This document shows, piece after piece, positions 50,060 through 63,863 of a stretch of DNA of 64,000 bases (positions are counted from its first letter, which is position 1; every line of letters starts with the position of its first letter). The notes beneath the pieces are model-generated. The model saw only the letters and a program-made list of their open reading frames with translations, was not told the origin of the DNA and did no database searches. This stretch comes from the human T2T-CHM13v2.0 reference genome, Homo sapiens: the NCBI RefSeq assembly GCF_009914755.1, contig NC_060926.1; one strand, 5' to 3'. Position numbers and translations under genes: made by a program.

Positions 50060-50400
50060 CCTAGCCAAATCACTGTCTGGGAGCATCAATTAATACAGTC
50101 CTTATGAAGGCCAATCTGGCCCTGTCTATAAAAATTATCTCTTCATATATTCTTCTACCCAGCAATTCCACTTCCAGAAATTTGTCCTATAGATAGACTT
50201 ACCCAAATGAAAATGGTATATGTGCAACGCCATTCACTGCAGCATTTTTTTGGAAACAGCAAAAGATTGGAAACAGCTTAAATGTTTCTATGATTTAAAG
50301 GCAGTTTTTAAAAACCTAGTTATTAAAACATAGTGCACACATACAGTGGAATAGTATGCAGCTGAACAAAATGAGAAGACTCTTTACCTGCCATTACAGA
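50060..50400 (+). mobile_element. Old L1 (L1ME-like) 3' fragment
   Basis: cccagcaattccacttccagaaattt...attcactgcagcatt...agcaaaagattggaaaca...acagtggaatagtatgcagct. Confidence 0.7.
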
Positions 50401-50419
50401 AAGATCTTTACAATGTATC

Positions 50420-50975
50420 ATTCTATAAAGAGGCTGAGGCCAAAGCCAAATCCTTACTATGGCTACCAGACCCCAGGTGATCTACTCCCTGTTACCTTAT
50501 CTCCCAACACAACCTCCATTCAGTCACACTGTCCTCTTCCCGGCTTCCCAAACATCTCAGGTGGGCCCCTGCCTCAGGGCCTTTGCACCTGCTGTTACCT
50601 CTGCCTGGAATGCTCTTCTCCAGATATTTGTCTGGCCAGCTTCTGTGCCTCTTTCAAGTCTTGGCTCAAGTGTTCCTCCTCAGAGGGCCGGGACTGACCA
50701 ACTCCCCTTTTTAAAAATGTCAACTCTTCAATGCCCCCATTCCCAATCACCCTTACTCTGCTCCATTTTTTGCCAGGGTATTTCTCAAGTTCTAACAGGC
50801 TCTGTCAGTTATTTATTATGGTTGTTTTTAAATGTGTTATTGTCTGCCTCCACTAGAATGGAACCGCCGCATGGCAGGGATCTTTGTTTCATTCATTGTT
50901 CTGTCCCCAGCATCTAGAACAGTGAGTGGCCGGTACAGAGTAAGCACTCAGTAAAGACCTATTGAATGAAGAAGC
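50420..50975 (+). mobile_element. L2a LINE 3' end
   Basis: cctcagggcctttgcacctgctgtt...gcctggaatgctctt...ggcagggatctttgtt...ccccagcatctagaacagtg...ttgaatgaa. Confidence 0.85.
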
Positions 50976-53900
50976 GAATGTGACTGAGGACAGCTTATGT
51001 ACTAAAGAATGTAGATGATGTGGGGTTTTTCCTTCTCTTCATCTTCTTCAATTGCATGGACTTAAGGTTAGGCCTATCCTTATGTCATTCCCACCCTCTT
51101 GCATGCTGATGTGTTTTCTCAAAGGGAGGAGGCCATAGCCTGCAGCCTGGTGGTTACTGACGACCAGTGCCAAGGAGGCAGGACCCCTGAGCAGAGGAAG
51201 TGGGTCACACCTGGGGATGGAGCCTGGCATTTAGATGATGATGGGGAAAAGGTTCACAGACACCTAGTTCTGCATAGTGGGAAGAACACTGGACTTGCAG
51301 CCAGAGGCCTTGGTTCAAAGTCCAGCTCAAGAACTGGGATGGTTGAAGGTGAACTCGGGGAAGCATTTTATAAAGTGCTACCCAAGGTCAGGTAGTGGTA
51401 TTAGCAAAAGTTAATGCTTAGTAATGACTTCCTGTATAACAGTCGCTGAGCTAGGTGCCCATAGATGATTACTTTTAATTCTCAATGCTATAAGACAGGT
51501 ACTAGCCTTCTCCCCACTTTACAGGTGAGAACACTGAGGCCCAGAAAAGCTAAATGATTTGTCCAAGGTCAACAAAAGGCAAGAGGCAAAGCTAGGGCTC
51601 AAGCCCAGACAGCCTGAGTCCCAAGGCCATGCTCCCAATCAGCACGGGGCCTCCCAAGGATCTTCCCATCTAAAGACTATCACCTCCCAAGGACGTGGGT
51701 TCCACCCCTTCCCAGCCTACTCTAAGACACTGTCCTTAATTTTAATGGAGGCAGCCGATTACTGAAGCTATGTGAGCTCAGTGACTCTGGTAGGATTTTA
51801 GAAGGTCTTGTGTCAGGGAGAGGGACATAGAGAAGAAAGGAGATTTATAGGGGATGAATCATCCATGAGCAGCTGAGGAAGTAGAGGGAGGGTTATCAAA
51901 GGAAAAGGGACTGATCATTTGCCAGACCCCAGATCCCTTGAAGCCTTTTCCCATAAACAGCCTCAGAACTGTCCATCAGACAGAAAGCAGGGACTCAGAG
52001 AGTGGACCAAGAGGGAGGGCCTCTGCTGCAGGAAGACAGGGTGCCAGGTAGCAGGCAGGGGAGGGAGTGGGTAGATGCAGGCAGGCTCCAGGGAGGATGC
52101 CGCCTCTCCGAGGCTGATGGAGAGATTGGCCCCAAAGCCAGGCGAGGACAATGAGTGAAGAAGCTCAACTTTGCCAAAGCAAATCAGCCTCTGAAAAGGC
52201 AGGGAGGAGCGCCCAAGGCCTCAATAGATCCAGCAAGGAATCATTTGGAATAGTCCAGAAAGAGGACCTTCACCACGGAGGGTTAGATGCTGCTGTGAGC
52301 TGAATGGGGAAGCTGGAGGGCTGGAGCCTGAAGGCAAGAAGGCCCACTGTAGGAGCCACACACCCATCAGAGCCAGGGGTGGCATCAACCCACCCCCACC
52401 TGCGTGGGACTCTGAGTGGCCTGATGGAGTCTCCCCAGGCGGCCACATGGGGAGGAGGTGAGGAAAGGCAGCCCTCAGCCAGCCAAGTCCACCAGGGCAA
52501 GAAATGCAGGCTCTGTGGACGCATCTACTGCGGGTTTGGTGTGCTTTATTTTGTAAAGGTTGCTTTGAAAAACTGAAAGCAAAACAAAGGAGAAAAGAGG
52601 CCCCTGAACCCCTTCAATAGCAGACGGGGGAATGGAGCCCCAGGACTCTGGTGAGGGCTTCTGGGCCAGCTCAGCTCAGCTCCTGGGAGCAGCAGGGACC
52701 CCCGGGGAACACCAGCCCCTCCCTTGGCCCCACACTGCAACTGTTCTCACCTCCCTGGCCTCCTGCAAGGGTGCCCTGGCCCTCAGCTCACCTCCACCAC
52801 CTCCAACATCCCGCTAAGGTCCCACCCACCCCACCGCAGTGACCAGAGCAATTGTGTGAGGAAGCCAGTCAGATTTGATTGTTTCTCGTTCCTTTTACTT
52901 TCCAGACTTTGAACAACGTTGTTATGCCACTTTTTAATCTGAAAAACAATTCTGCCTTCAATGCCATTTATCCTCCCAGGGGCCCTTCAAATGCAGACCC
53001 TCTGCAAAGCCAGCCCCTCTGATCATAATCATCCCCAGAAGACAGGGCACTTGCCCGAGCCCCTTACCCACGGGCTGCAGGGCAGAGTGGATACAGCACT
53101 GGGCTGACACCCCTACCCCGTCTCCAGACAACCCCAGGGCACAGCTTTCTATATCCCCAGGGCTTACACAGTGCCCACCACCTAGCAGGGGATCAGTTAA
53201 GTAACTGGAAACAGAAAGGAAGGAAGGAAAGGAAGAAGAGAGGAAGGTAATGATGGGTGCAAAGCAGCTTTAGGTGAGTAAGAAAAAGTATTTGATTGAT
53301 AGAAGCTTAAATTCCTTTTATTGGATATAATTAGAGTCGGTATCTTGGGGTCTTGATGGGTCCGGATAGCTTGCACTTGTCTACAGGTCTGGCAGGAGAG
53401 GAAACAGGGAGGGAGGCTGAGGGGGAAAGAGTACACACTCCCCTGACCCCTGCCTCGATCTGGATATTTGAGCACAAGAGAGCAGACTGTGCCCAGAGCT
53501 CCGGCTGGCTCTGAGCGTGGCTCCGGCCTTCCAGCCTGCACCCGATGGCAGAGATTACAGAGCACCAAAGGCACATTCACTCGGGAGGGTATTGGTTTAC
53601 CGTGTGTTCCATGGGCAGAGGCTGCTGCCCAAGCATGCCAGCTGCCTCGCAGAGCAGGGCCAGCTAAGGGTCCGAGGGCATTGAGACAAACCCAGCGCTG
53701 CTCGACAGAGAACAGTGCAAGCAGGTGGCTGGCAGATACTGGGTCAGTGGTGTCATCTTTTTACCCGCAAGGTCAGGCTTGCCTTGTATTTGAATTCTCA
53801 AGACTAATTGTGCCAGTGAGTCAGGAGAGGACTCCCCTCTTGGGGGAGGCAAAAGAACCGAGAATCCTCCTTAAGGAGCTGTCTCATCCAGGCCTCTATC

Positions 53901-55104
53901 TTGGCCTCTATGCAGACCAGCACACACTAAGATCCACCCCTCTTGTCCCTCAACATCACTGCCCAAGGGGGCCAAGAGGACAAGAGGACCAATCTGCCTG
54001 TCACAGCTGATTCACCCTCTCACAGTTGGGAAGTTCTACCAGGAGGCTAACCCAAACCTCTCCTGCTAGTATCTCAGCCCTTTGTCCTATATGATGTGAT
54101 AGATCAAGGTCAGAAGCTTTCAGTAGCAGCTTTGAATTCCTCCCTCCCCTGCTACTGCCCCCACCACCTTGAAGTCACAGGCCAGAAGGGCTATCCCCTC
54201 TGGAGGCCAGGTGACCATTTCCCAACAAAAATCAGTTCAGGGTCGAATCTCAGGCTCTCAGCACCCACATGTAGAAACTCACCCCTGAAGCCCTCTGCTT
54301 AGATACAAGGGGCACATGTATCACTCCCCAGGAACCTTGGACTATTTCCCTGAGTTATCTGGGACCACCTGCAATCCTGTACTCCCCTCTCTTGCTGGTT
54401 TCTCCCACGTCTTACTCAAAAGTTCAGAAGGCAAGAATGTCAGAACCTGAGAAAATACATCAAGGGCAAACAGCGTGGTGCACACGAGTTCTCTCCCACA
54501 GCCCCACCCAGAGTGAGCACTGGGACTCTGCTCCCCACTGCTGAAATCTCTCACTCTCAAACCTGGAGGACACCTTCTCACCACTCTCCCATCCGGCCTG
54601 GGCCCCAGGAGATGAAGGGAGACAGGGCTACACAGGCCCGGGGCTGGCTGGAAGGCAGAACTCATGGGCTTTTTCCTGTTCTACCATCCAGGGATCTGAA
54701 ACTCGGCCTCCCTCTCTGTGAGCAACCTTTCCAGGCTAATCCAGGCACCTCTTCTAAAGCTGGAAAGAGATCAGGCCATACAGCCTAAAGCATTTTGGGC
54801 TACAGATGAAGATCATAAAATGTTAAGTAGCAGTGCAAATCCCTGACTGGTTGCAGACCCACCACGTTGGAATCCTGCCTTCACCATTTATCCAGAAGAC
54901 TTCGTTGGACGAAGTCCTTAACTTCTCTGTTACTTGCCTCAGTTTCCTCATCTATCAAATGGGAACACTATTTGTGACCAGATGTTAACGTGAAAGTACT
55001 TGGGTCTCAGTTGTAAAAGAGGCCTGAGGACAAGGAATGACACATTTCAAAAGTAAGGCAGAAGACCACCATGCAGGCCTTGCAGAAGAGATGACTGACA
55101 TCAA

Positions 55105-56065
55105 GAAGTGAAAAGACCACTCACAGAATGGGAGAATATATCGGCAAATTATATATCTGCTAAGGGACCTGTTGCCAGAATATAAAATGAATGCTTACAA
55201 CTCAATAATGAAAAGACAAAACAAAAATTTAAAAAGGAAACAGAGGATGTGGATGGGCAGTTTTCTAAAGAAGATCCATAATGGCCAATTAACACATGAA
55301 AAGATGTTCAACATCATCAATTCTTAGGAAAATGCAAATTGAAACCACAATGCAATACCCTTTCACACCCACTAGGATGGCTAGCATCCAAAAGATAGAA
55401 AATAAATGTGGGTGAGGATGCGGAGGAAGTCTCATACATTGCTGGTAGGAACGCCAAATGGTGTAGCCACTTTGGGAAACACTCTGGCTGTTCCTCAAAT
55501 GATGACACAGGTGATCCAGCAGTTCCACTCCTGGCTATCTACCCAAGAGCAATGACAACCTAAGTCCACACAAAAACTTGCACATACATGTTGACAGCAG
55601 CATTCTTCACACAAGCCAAAAAGTTGAAACAATGCAAATGTTCATCAATTGATGGTGATGTATGGATAAACAAAATATGGTATGGCCTACAATAGAATAT
55701 CATTCAGCAACAAAAATGAATAAAATACTGATACATGTTACAACGTGAATGAAACATTGGGTCAAGTAAAAGAAACCAGACACAAAAGACCACATATTGT
55801 ATCACTCCATTTACGTAAAGTGTCCAGAATAGACAAATCTACAGAGACAGAAAGTAGATTAGGGTTGGGAGTTGGTGGCAGAAGTGGGAGTGGCTGCTGC
55901 TAGTTATAAGATTTCTTTGGGTGGGGGTGATAAAACTGTTCTAAAATGAGATTACGGTGATGGTTGTACAAGCCTAAATATACTAAAACCCATTGAATTG
56001 TATACTTTAAAGAGGTGAAGTTGTGGTATTAAATTATATCTATACAGCTATTAAGTTTTTAAAAA
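55105..56065 (+). mobile_element. L1M (L1MB/MC-like) 3' end
   Basis: gaatgggagaatat...aatgcaaattgaaaccacaatg...ctcatacattgctggtaggaa...ccacacaaaaacttg...tagagacagaaagtagattag...cattgaattgtatactttaaa. Confidence 0.9.
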
Positions 56066-56871
56066 GAGAGTGATGGCTGAAAACTGCTTTGTGGCTCCAA
56101 ACTATACCGCCATACACACCATGCACACACATACATATCAAAGGTGTAAAAAGATTAGAAAGTGGAAGATTGTAAGAGGAATTGTGGAGAGCACGGTGTT
56201 TGGTGGCAGGTCCCACCTTTCTAGAGGCTTCTCCCTCATCTCAGTGAGTCTGCTCAGAGACTCAGCAGGTACCTGCGGGCGCATGGAGGATGTGAAAGAC
56301 AGGGGCCTAACTGTGCTGTGGGAACAGGGGTGGGGGCGCACTGGCCACCTCAACCCGGGTCTTTGCGGGGGCCAGGAGTGCTGACTTTTTACTTTGGACC
56401 AAGGTGAGAGAGAGCCAGCCCCTGGGCTGCCTCAAATGCTGTCCATGAGGGCCACCTGCAGGGGTGAGAGATTTCAGCAGGAGGAGGCTGGAGGGAGCGA
56501 AGGATGACTGGGCTGAGGAAGGGGGTCCTGAGCATCTGAACAGAACCATGTTCGCCACCCAAAGGGAACAGCGAATGAAAGACTTTTGGGCAGTTGGACA
56601 GGGTCTCCCAAATACCTACAGAAGTGCCTCAGGAGAGAAGCCAGAGGGCATTCAATGCCTCCAGAATCTTCCACTGGCAAAGAACCCAAGAGATATCATT
56701 TGTGTCTCTGTCTCCACACAGAGAATGCCTGTGCAACCCCACCAGGCAAGAAAGAATGTTCTGGAATGTTCCCCCTTTCTTCCCTTCCTAACCCTAAATA
56801 TGTAAGTCAGGAAAACAGAAAGAAGACTTACTGAGCCTCCCCACCACCACCACCACCCCCGCCCCCCAACC

Positions 56872-56872
<1 letters not shown>

Positions 56873-56903
<31 letters not shown>
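56873..56903. repeat. (AC)15 microsatellite
   Basis: Direct inspection. Confidence 0.95.
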
Positions 56904-56904
<1 letters not shown>

Positions 56905-57809
56905 CTAGCAGCCAGGTAGGAGCTGACAAGGGGGAGGAGCAAGTTCACCAGCACTGGGCGTATTTATTTATTACCCACCAAAAGACCTTGTATTACCTGA
57001 GAGTGGCTAGAAAAGGGATGGAACTTGCCCCAGTGTCATTTGGGGGAAGGGGAAACAGGGTAGACTTAAAGGGCAGTAGTATACAAAACAAGTAGCTTTT
57101 TAATCACATCCTACAAATTCTGCTTGTTCAGCCCAGTAAGTACAAAACAGCACCCACCTACAGGTGTTTGGGGAGGATTAACCAAGAGAACATACAGTCA
57201 GTGGTGCCTGGCACCCAGAAAGTACACAGTGCTCTCATCTCAAGGTCATCATCAGCATCAGCATCCTCAACATTGTTAGGGCTTTGGAGCTGGAAGCCCT
57301 TTTTGAAATCCATTATCCTCAATTTGCTGATAATGAAACTGAGAACCAGAGAGGGGAAGTAATTTTTCCAAGGTCACATAGCAAGTTGATGTCAGAGGCA
57401 TGTCTCCTGACTCCCAAGAGTGGGGTTCCCAGAACAGAGCCAGCTATAGATGGTTCCCAGAGAGTAGAGGGGCAAGGGGAACGCGGCTTTTTCTAAAGAA
57501 GAGAGGGCTAAAATCATGTCTGTATCTTCTCTCCTCCAGCACTTCAATAATAATAATAACAGACACAAATCACTGCCAGCATGGCATGCGCCACTCTGCT
57601 TTTCACATTTCATGTATATTACCTCATTGTATATCAGACAATAATGCTATAATGAAAGTACTGTTATTGAACCCATTTTACAATTAAGACATTTGGATCT
57701 CAGAAAGGCAAAGTTACTTGGCCAAGAAACACACCTATAAACAATAGAGCTTAGAACCAGATCTTCTGGTTCTAGGTCCCATAGCCTTAATTCCTAGAGA
57801 TTGGTCTGT

Positions 57810-58165
57810 TCAACCTTATTTCCAGCTTCTCATCCTCTATGCACAACTTCCTTGCCCCCTTTGAAGCTAGGCATGGGTGTTTGGCTTGTTTTGGCCAATT
57901 AAACATGAGCGGAAGGAAAACATGTGAGTTCTAGGCAGGAGCAGTGTGCAAGCCATGGTGTCTTCTTCCCACAGCTGCAGCAGTGAAGGAAGCACCTACA
58001 AGATGAAGCTGCCCTCAGCCTAGAGTATCTGTGATGAACAGAGACCTTTCTGACCCCCAGTGGATATGTAGTATGAGCAGAAATATGCTTTTGTTGGGTC
58101 AGGCCCACTGAGAAGGTGGGATCATTTGTCACTGTGGCATAATTGAGCCTCTCCTGACTGATAGA
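57810..58165 (+). mobile_element. Old MaLR LTR (MLT1J/K-like)
   Basis: tggatatgtagtatgagcagaaata...ccactgaga...tttgtcactgtggcataa...cctgactgataga. Confidence 0.6.
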
Positions 58166-59426
58166 ACCACTAAGCCATGCTCCTTCCTGCTCTAAGCCCA
58201 TGGGTTGCGAAAGTCTGAGAGGGAAGCCTGGCAGGCCCCTTTTAGGTCTTCACAAGTCATGAAAAGACACAATGCTTGAGCTCAAAGAAATGGAAAGAAA
58301 TACTATCTACTCCAGCCCTCACATTTCATAAGAAATAAAAAGGACCTATGGAAAAAGAGTTACCAGAGACACCCAGAACCCAAATCTTCTGCCTCCCAGG
58401 CCAATATCTATCCATGCCTGTCTATCTCTCCATGTCTCTCATCTATTTATTTCTTTCTCCTTCTTGGTCTCTGCCTGTTTGCTGTATCTCTTTCCCTCCC
58501 TCTTTCCTCTTTCAAAAAAAAAGTATCACAGAGTCCTTGGATAAGCCCAGCTCATAAGAAGTCATCACAGAACAGGGATTCCTGGCTCCAGGCAGAGGCT
58601 CCTCCCCTACCCAGACAAAAGCACTTGGGGAGTGGATGGGCACCCTTTAGAACTAGAAGATCTCCCCTGAGGGCTGAGAAGCTTGGGCACAAAACCAAGG
58701 CCCCCTGTCACCAGCCCCCGGTTCTGGTGGGATTGTCCATGGAAACAAGGGAAAGACTGATGGGCGCCAACCAGGAGAGATGCAGAAGTGGGGTGGACAC
58801 CAGCCCCTCACCCTTGTCAGCCAGGCTGGGAGGTTTGTCATTCCCCTGAGTCACCCTGTCCTTTATCCCTGAGAAATCTACTTTCTGAGAGCACCCCTCA
58901 CTTGCCCAACCCCTGTTCCCATCCTCTCTGTTGAGTCAAGAGAAACTCTAAACAACTGATGTCCAAGGAAGTCACAGAAAGGTGGGGGGTGGATGAGAAG
59001 GCAGGCAGGAACCCAGGCCTGGTCAGCCTGCAGGCTTCTCAGAGGCAGAGGGCAGTCCATATCCCTTGGTTCAAGGCTTGCTTCCGAGAAGGCTTGCCCC
59101 GGAACACTATGGAGGAATTTGGAGCCTGCTTTATACAGCAGAGGCAAAAACACAGCGCCACCCCTACCCATGGGGACCTGGAATCTGGGCACGGGGCATC
59201 AGAACTCAGGCCAAGTTGCTAATGGGGTTTCTGGAGGCTGCAAAACTGGTGTTAGCCAGAGCACTGAGCCGGCAGGCTCCAGATCTAACTGGAGAGAGGC
59301 AGAGGTGCCCGCAAGGAGGGAACCAGACCTCTCCCCACCACCTGTCCTTGACCTTTCCTTCCTCCCACTCAGGATCAAAGGCCTGGGGCATCCAAATACA
59401 TGTGACCCAGAAAACTCCTTCTCAGG

Positions 59427-59813
59427 TGTGACGAGCTGAACTGTTCCCCCATTCAGATTCCTGTTTTGCAACCCTAACCCCCAGCAGCTCAGTATGCCAC
59501 TGTATTTGGAGATACAGCCTTTAAAGAGGCAATTAAGGTGAAAAGAGATCATTAGGGTGAGCACTACTCCAATACGTCTGGTGTCTTTATAAGAAGAGAT
59601 GAGGGTAAGAATACAAGCAGGGGGAAGATGATGTGAAGATACAGGGAGAAAACAGCATCTCCAAGCCAAGGAGAGAGGTCTCAGGAGAAACCAACCCTGC
59701 TGAAATCTGGATCTCAGACTTGTAGCCTCCAGAACTATGAGAAAATTCATTTCTGTTGAACAAGCCCCTGGGTCTGTGGTGCTTTGCTGTGGCTGCCAGA
59801 GCAGATTAATAAT
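59427..59813 (+). mobile_element. MaLR solo LTR (MLT1B-like)
   Basis: ctgtatttggagatacagcctttaaagagg...ctggtgtctttataagaagag...caagccaaggagagagg...gaaaccaaccctgctg...gcctccagaactatgagaaaat. Confidence 0.85.
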
Positions 59814-62800
59814 ACTTCAGGCATGGGATTCACCAGAAGGCACTGCTCTGGGAGTAAAGGGTCCCCAAGATGGCAGGCACTGTCCTCCCAGCCACTGTCC
59901 CACAACAGAGAACTTCGTCCAGTCCGAGGGTCCTTATTATTGAGCTTCCCTTTGATTCTTCACCCTCATCACGCCCCCCTCCTCCTGGCCCAGGAGCAGG
60001 TGAGCCCAAAGTCTCCACCACAGCCACACTTTGCTACACAGAGACACAGCTGGACCCGTCCCACCATAAACGGGCTTCCCTTTGTGGTAGTGAGCCCCTG
60101 TCATCATTAGGGCTTCAGAAATGGGACGACCATCCTGAAGGAGCCACCTGAAGGATTATGGGTATGGGTTCCGGGGTGCTGTTAAGCTGAGCTCCAAGGG
60201 AGGTAGAAAGGGATTTGGATTCCAATATCAACTCCACATCTTGTCTCATGACCCTGGACAAGATTGCTAACCTCTGCCTACTTCTGGGGTCTTCATCCAG
60301 GAAATGGGGTTGGTACAGGCTGAGCTGAGCTAATGCCAAGGAGGGCCCATACTTCGGGGTTTCCTGCCCCTTTGGCAGGCCCCCTCCCTCTCGGGTTTTA
60401 TGACTAGCCCAGCCACCTGAGCCTGAGAAGTCAGCCTTCAGAGAACAGAAATTCAACAGAATTCGGGAGAGGGCTCTAAGTGTCACAGTGCTGCAAGCTG
60501 TAAACTTGAACTTGGAGCTGGGTTGGGGGGCTGCAGGCAGTGAGGAAAGGGTTAAATGCAGAGCAGTTCCTGAGATGATGGTTAAGTCAGGGGCAGCAGG
60601 AGGGCCTCCTGGGGGACCAGGAGCTCTGAGCCTGGTGCTGGCCATGCCTCACTGCCAGGAGAGGGCAAGGTGGGGACACAGGCCACACGAGAGGATGCAG
60701 GCCAGAGATGACATCTGCTGCTGACTGCCTGGCTGGGTGCTCCCTGCCCCCCTCCTCCAAGTCTCCTGGTGGGCTCCAGAGGGAATGGTCTGGCCTCTAC
60801 TATCACCCTCCCGCAGTGGGCCTGAAATAGAAGAGGTAGGCAGGGGGCCACTTTCAGAAATGGCCCCAGGTCACCTTGGACACCCTTCCCTCTACCTATT
60901 TCGAGAGGCCTGCCACTCATCAGAAGCATTCCTGAGTGAGCGGCCCACACTCTTCTCTGTGGGTCGGGCCAGGGGCTCAGCTGTTGCCTGCACTGAAGTC
61001 TTGCTGAACGCCTGCCTCAGGGCAAGCCCAGTGGCCTCCGGGGTGCCACGCTCCAGCACACCCCCCTCGCCTAACCCTCCCTCTTCCTAACAGTCAGGAT
61101 GGGTTGACTTTCTCTGTCCATGGGTGAGAGGTAGCAGCCAGAGAGGTACTAGGCTTAGTGGGACCCAGGTACTGCCACAAAACCAGATGCCCAAAGCAGG
61201 CCCCTAGGGACGTCAGCCAACCCAGGACAGCACAGGGGGCAACGCGGTGGCTTGAAACCCAGATCTGCTCTTGACTGGCTTGGCAAGCTGGGGCAGGTTA
61301 CTTAACCCCTCTGTGCTCCAGTTTCCCCATTTGGACATAATAAGAGTCATAGAATGGCTGGGAGCATCAAATGAAATGGCAACTACCAAGTTCTTGGTGC
61401 CATGGCTGGTGCATGGTAAATCCAGGCCTTCTCCCTTAGCCATGTCTTGCAGGCGCCTGACACACTGGCCACAGCTGACACAAATGTGTCACGGACCCCC
61501 AAGAAAACACCACATGCAGTCCTTCCTCAGGCCGTGCTGCCCACAAGGGGCTCAAAATGATTTGTTGACTGAATTCCCATTTTACAGCAGGTCAAACCGA
61601 GGCCCCAAGGACAGTACCTTGTCAAAGGATTTGAAGCCAGGTAGTTTGGCTGCAGAGGCTGCATTCTTAACCACATACTAACTGCCTCTCATGAAGGCCG
61701 CTATAGGCAGGTAGAGGGGACAGAGGGTTGGTGAGGGAAGGCCCTGGCCGCTTCTTCTGCCCCCTCGCCCTTCCTTTTTTCCCTTCTAATCCATTCCCTC
61801 AGACAGAGGGATGGAACCAGCAGGACCTTTTGGTCAGTTAAAGGTCAGCTCATCCTGCAAGGACAGAGGGGCCCTGTCTGGAGGCTGAGAAGCTGGCCCT
61901 CTGCCGAGAGGGGGAGCCGCTCTCGGCTCTGCTGTCCCTGGGCTGCCTCCCACTCTGACCGTCTGCTCTTCTTCCTTCCCCCACAGCCAAATACATCCTA
62001 AGCCCCGTCTTTCCCACATCTCCTCCTCACCGTTAATTATTTTACCTTTTATTTGCCTGGCACTTTATAGTTTACTAAATGTTTTTACATTTATCATCGC
62101 ATTGACCATGCACCAAGAAGAGATGGAGAGACAGTAAAAATTCTTTCCAATTGCCAAATGTTCTTGTTAAAAATGCAAACATCCCCAGCACAACGACCAA
62201 TTAGGCTGGCAGCCACTGAAACCTCAGAACAAATTCGCTCCAGCCTCTGCTTTCTGCTTGGCCGCTCAGCGCCCGGGGATGGAGGAGTGCTTTTCACAAG
62301 CAGCCTGGGGGGTCGGAGGGGCCTGGTGGGGTGTCTTGGCCAATCTGAGGGTGCTGGGCCCCTGGGGGAGGAAAAGGGGTTGGGAACTGAGGCAGGTGTG
62401 AGGACAGGCCATCCACTTTTCAATGTTGCACGTAAAAAAATGTGCTCTCAGTGAGTCCCCAAATTCTAGTCCAACCACCCTCCCTCATCCCACTTCTCTC
62501 TGAAACCTTGTGCTCATTCTGGTGACCCCAAGGTCAGAGGAGAAATCTTTATTCAAGGAAAGGCCCAAAGATTTTCAGAGAGGAGTCATCAAATCCAAAA
62601 CCTTGGGGAGGGAGACAGAAGACAGCGCCGTGTAGAGGAAAGAGGGCACAGGGAGGCCCCCAGGCCTACCTATCTCTAACCTAGCTCTGCCATGGGACCC
62701 AGGGGCCCCAGGATGGCACAGCCCCACCCAGGACTGGCTTCAGCTGGGAGGAGAAGCCAGACGCTGGGTGCTGGCATCCTTGAAAGGGCCATCCTGGGTC

Positions 62801-63746
62801 ATGGGGGTAAATCAGGAGGTTCTGCCTCTGGGAAGGGTCTCAGTCACCCCAACTGAACACAGATGGGTGATGGGCTGGACCATCCTGAAGGTCCTCCCAG
62901 CTCCAACATTCTGCAGTCCTACGACCAACTCAAGAAAAGAAGCTTGTGGCCAAACCCCAGGCAGGGCATCTCAAGAGTTCCTGGGCTCTGGGCATGCTCA
63001 CTTTCGGAGCCTGCCCCACGTCTCCTTACACATATGCAGATAGACCACATAAATAAATAGAATGCATGTAGAACTCTCAAGAGACGACCTGAGTTGCAGT
63101 GGACCATTTGACATAATGTTAGGTTTGTAGCTAAATTAAACATGTATTAATTTCAATTCTGCTGCTTTCTTTTCAAATTTCAGAGCCTATCAGTTTGTTC
63201 CCAGCTCTCAAACATTTTTGTTGGCTGTTGATGAAAGCTTGTAGGCCCTAGATCCTGTGCCTCTGTTCCTAGTACTCTGACCCCAGAGAACTCAGGCAGC
63301 AAGCCTGAAGAAACCCAACAGTGGGTTTAATACACATGTGACAAATGCTGTTTTTGCAGCACAGTGGGGGGTATCTCAAGCTCCACTCAAGGCCACATCC
63401 TCCAAGGAGCCTTCCCAGATCACTCCAGCTCTCAAAATCCCTCCCTGCCAATCCCAGAGAACTCACTGTCCACGGAACTTACTTGGCTGTAGCAACACAC
63501 TTCCACGATAACCCCCTTGTGGCCATTTTGCTGCCTTCTTTGGCTCTGTCCTCACTTTTATTTAATACATTCATATATGTGCCTTATCTTCCCCCAGTTA
63601 ACGGTGAGCTCTCGGAGGTACCTCACACTTCCCCTCTGCCTCCTCTCGAACCCAGATCTCTTGAAAGCAGGCCAAGAGAAGCAAGGTCATGTGAGCAGAG
63701 GCTGTGCAGTTTGGATAGGGGCTGGGAGCCACTAGGTCCCACCTAC

Positions 63747-63863
63747 CCTCCATGCCGTCATCTCGATGCCCACTGAAGTTGTCGTAGGAGTCCCAGCGGA
63801 TGAGGGGGTCAGAGGTGTTATAGTCCACAGACACGCTCGGCCCGTTCTCCAGGTGCTCCATGC
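63747..63863 (-). CDS. TNS1: Tensin 1 coding exon (117 nt), [39 protein letters not shown], just after the C2 domain
   Basis: Acceptor tcccacttag|GC ATG GAG; donor GAG G|gtaggt; [15 protein letters not shown] is conserved among tensins. Confidence 0.96.

Noticed and set aside
53215-53250. GGAA-rich run
   Set aside because: Too short and interrupted to call a functional GGAA microsatellite.
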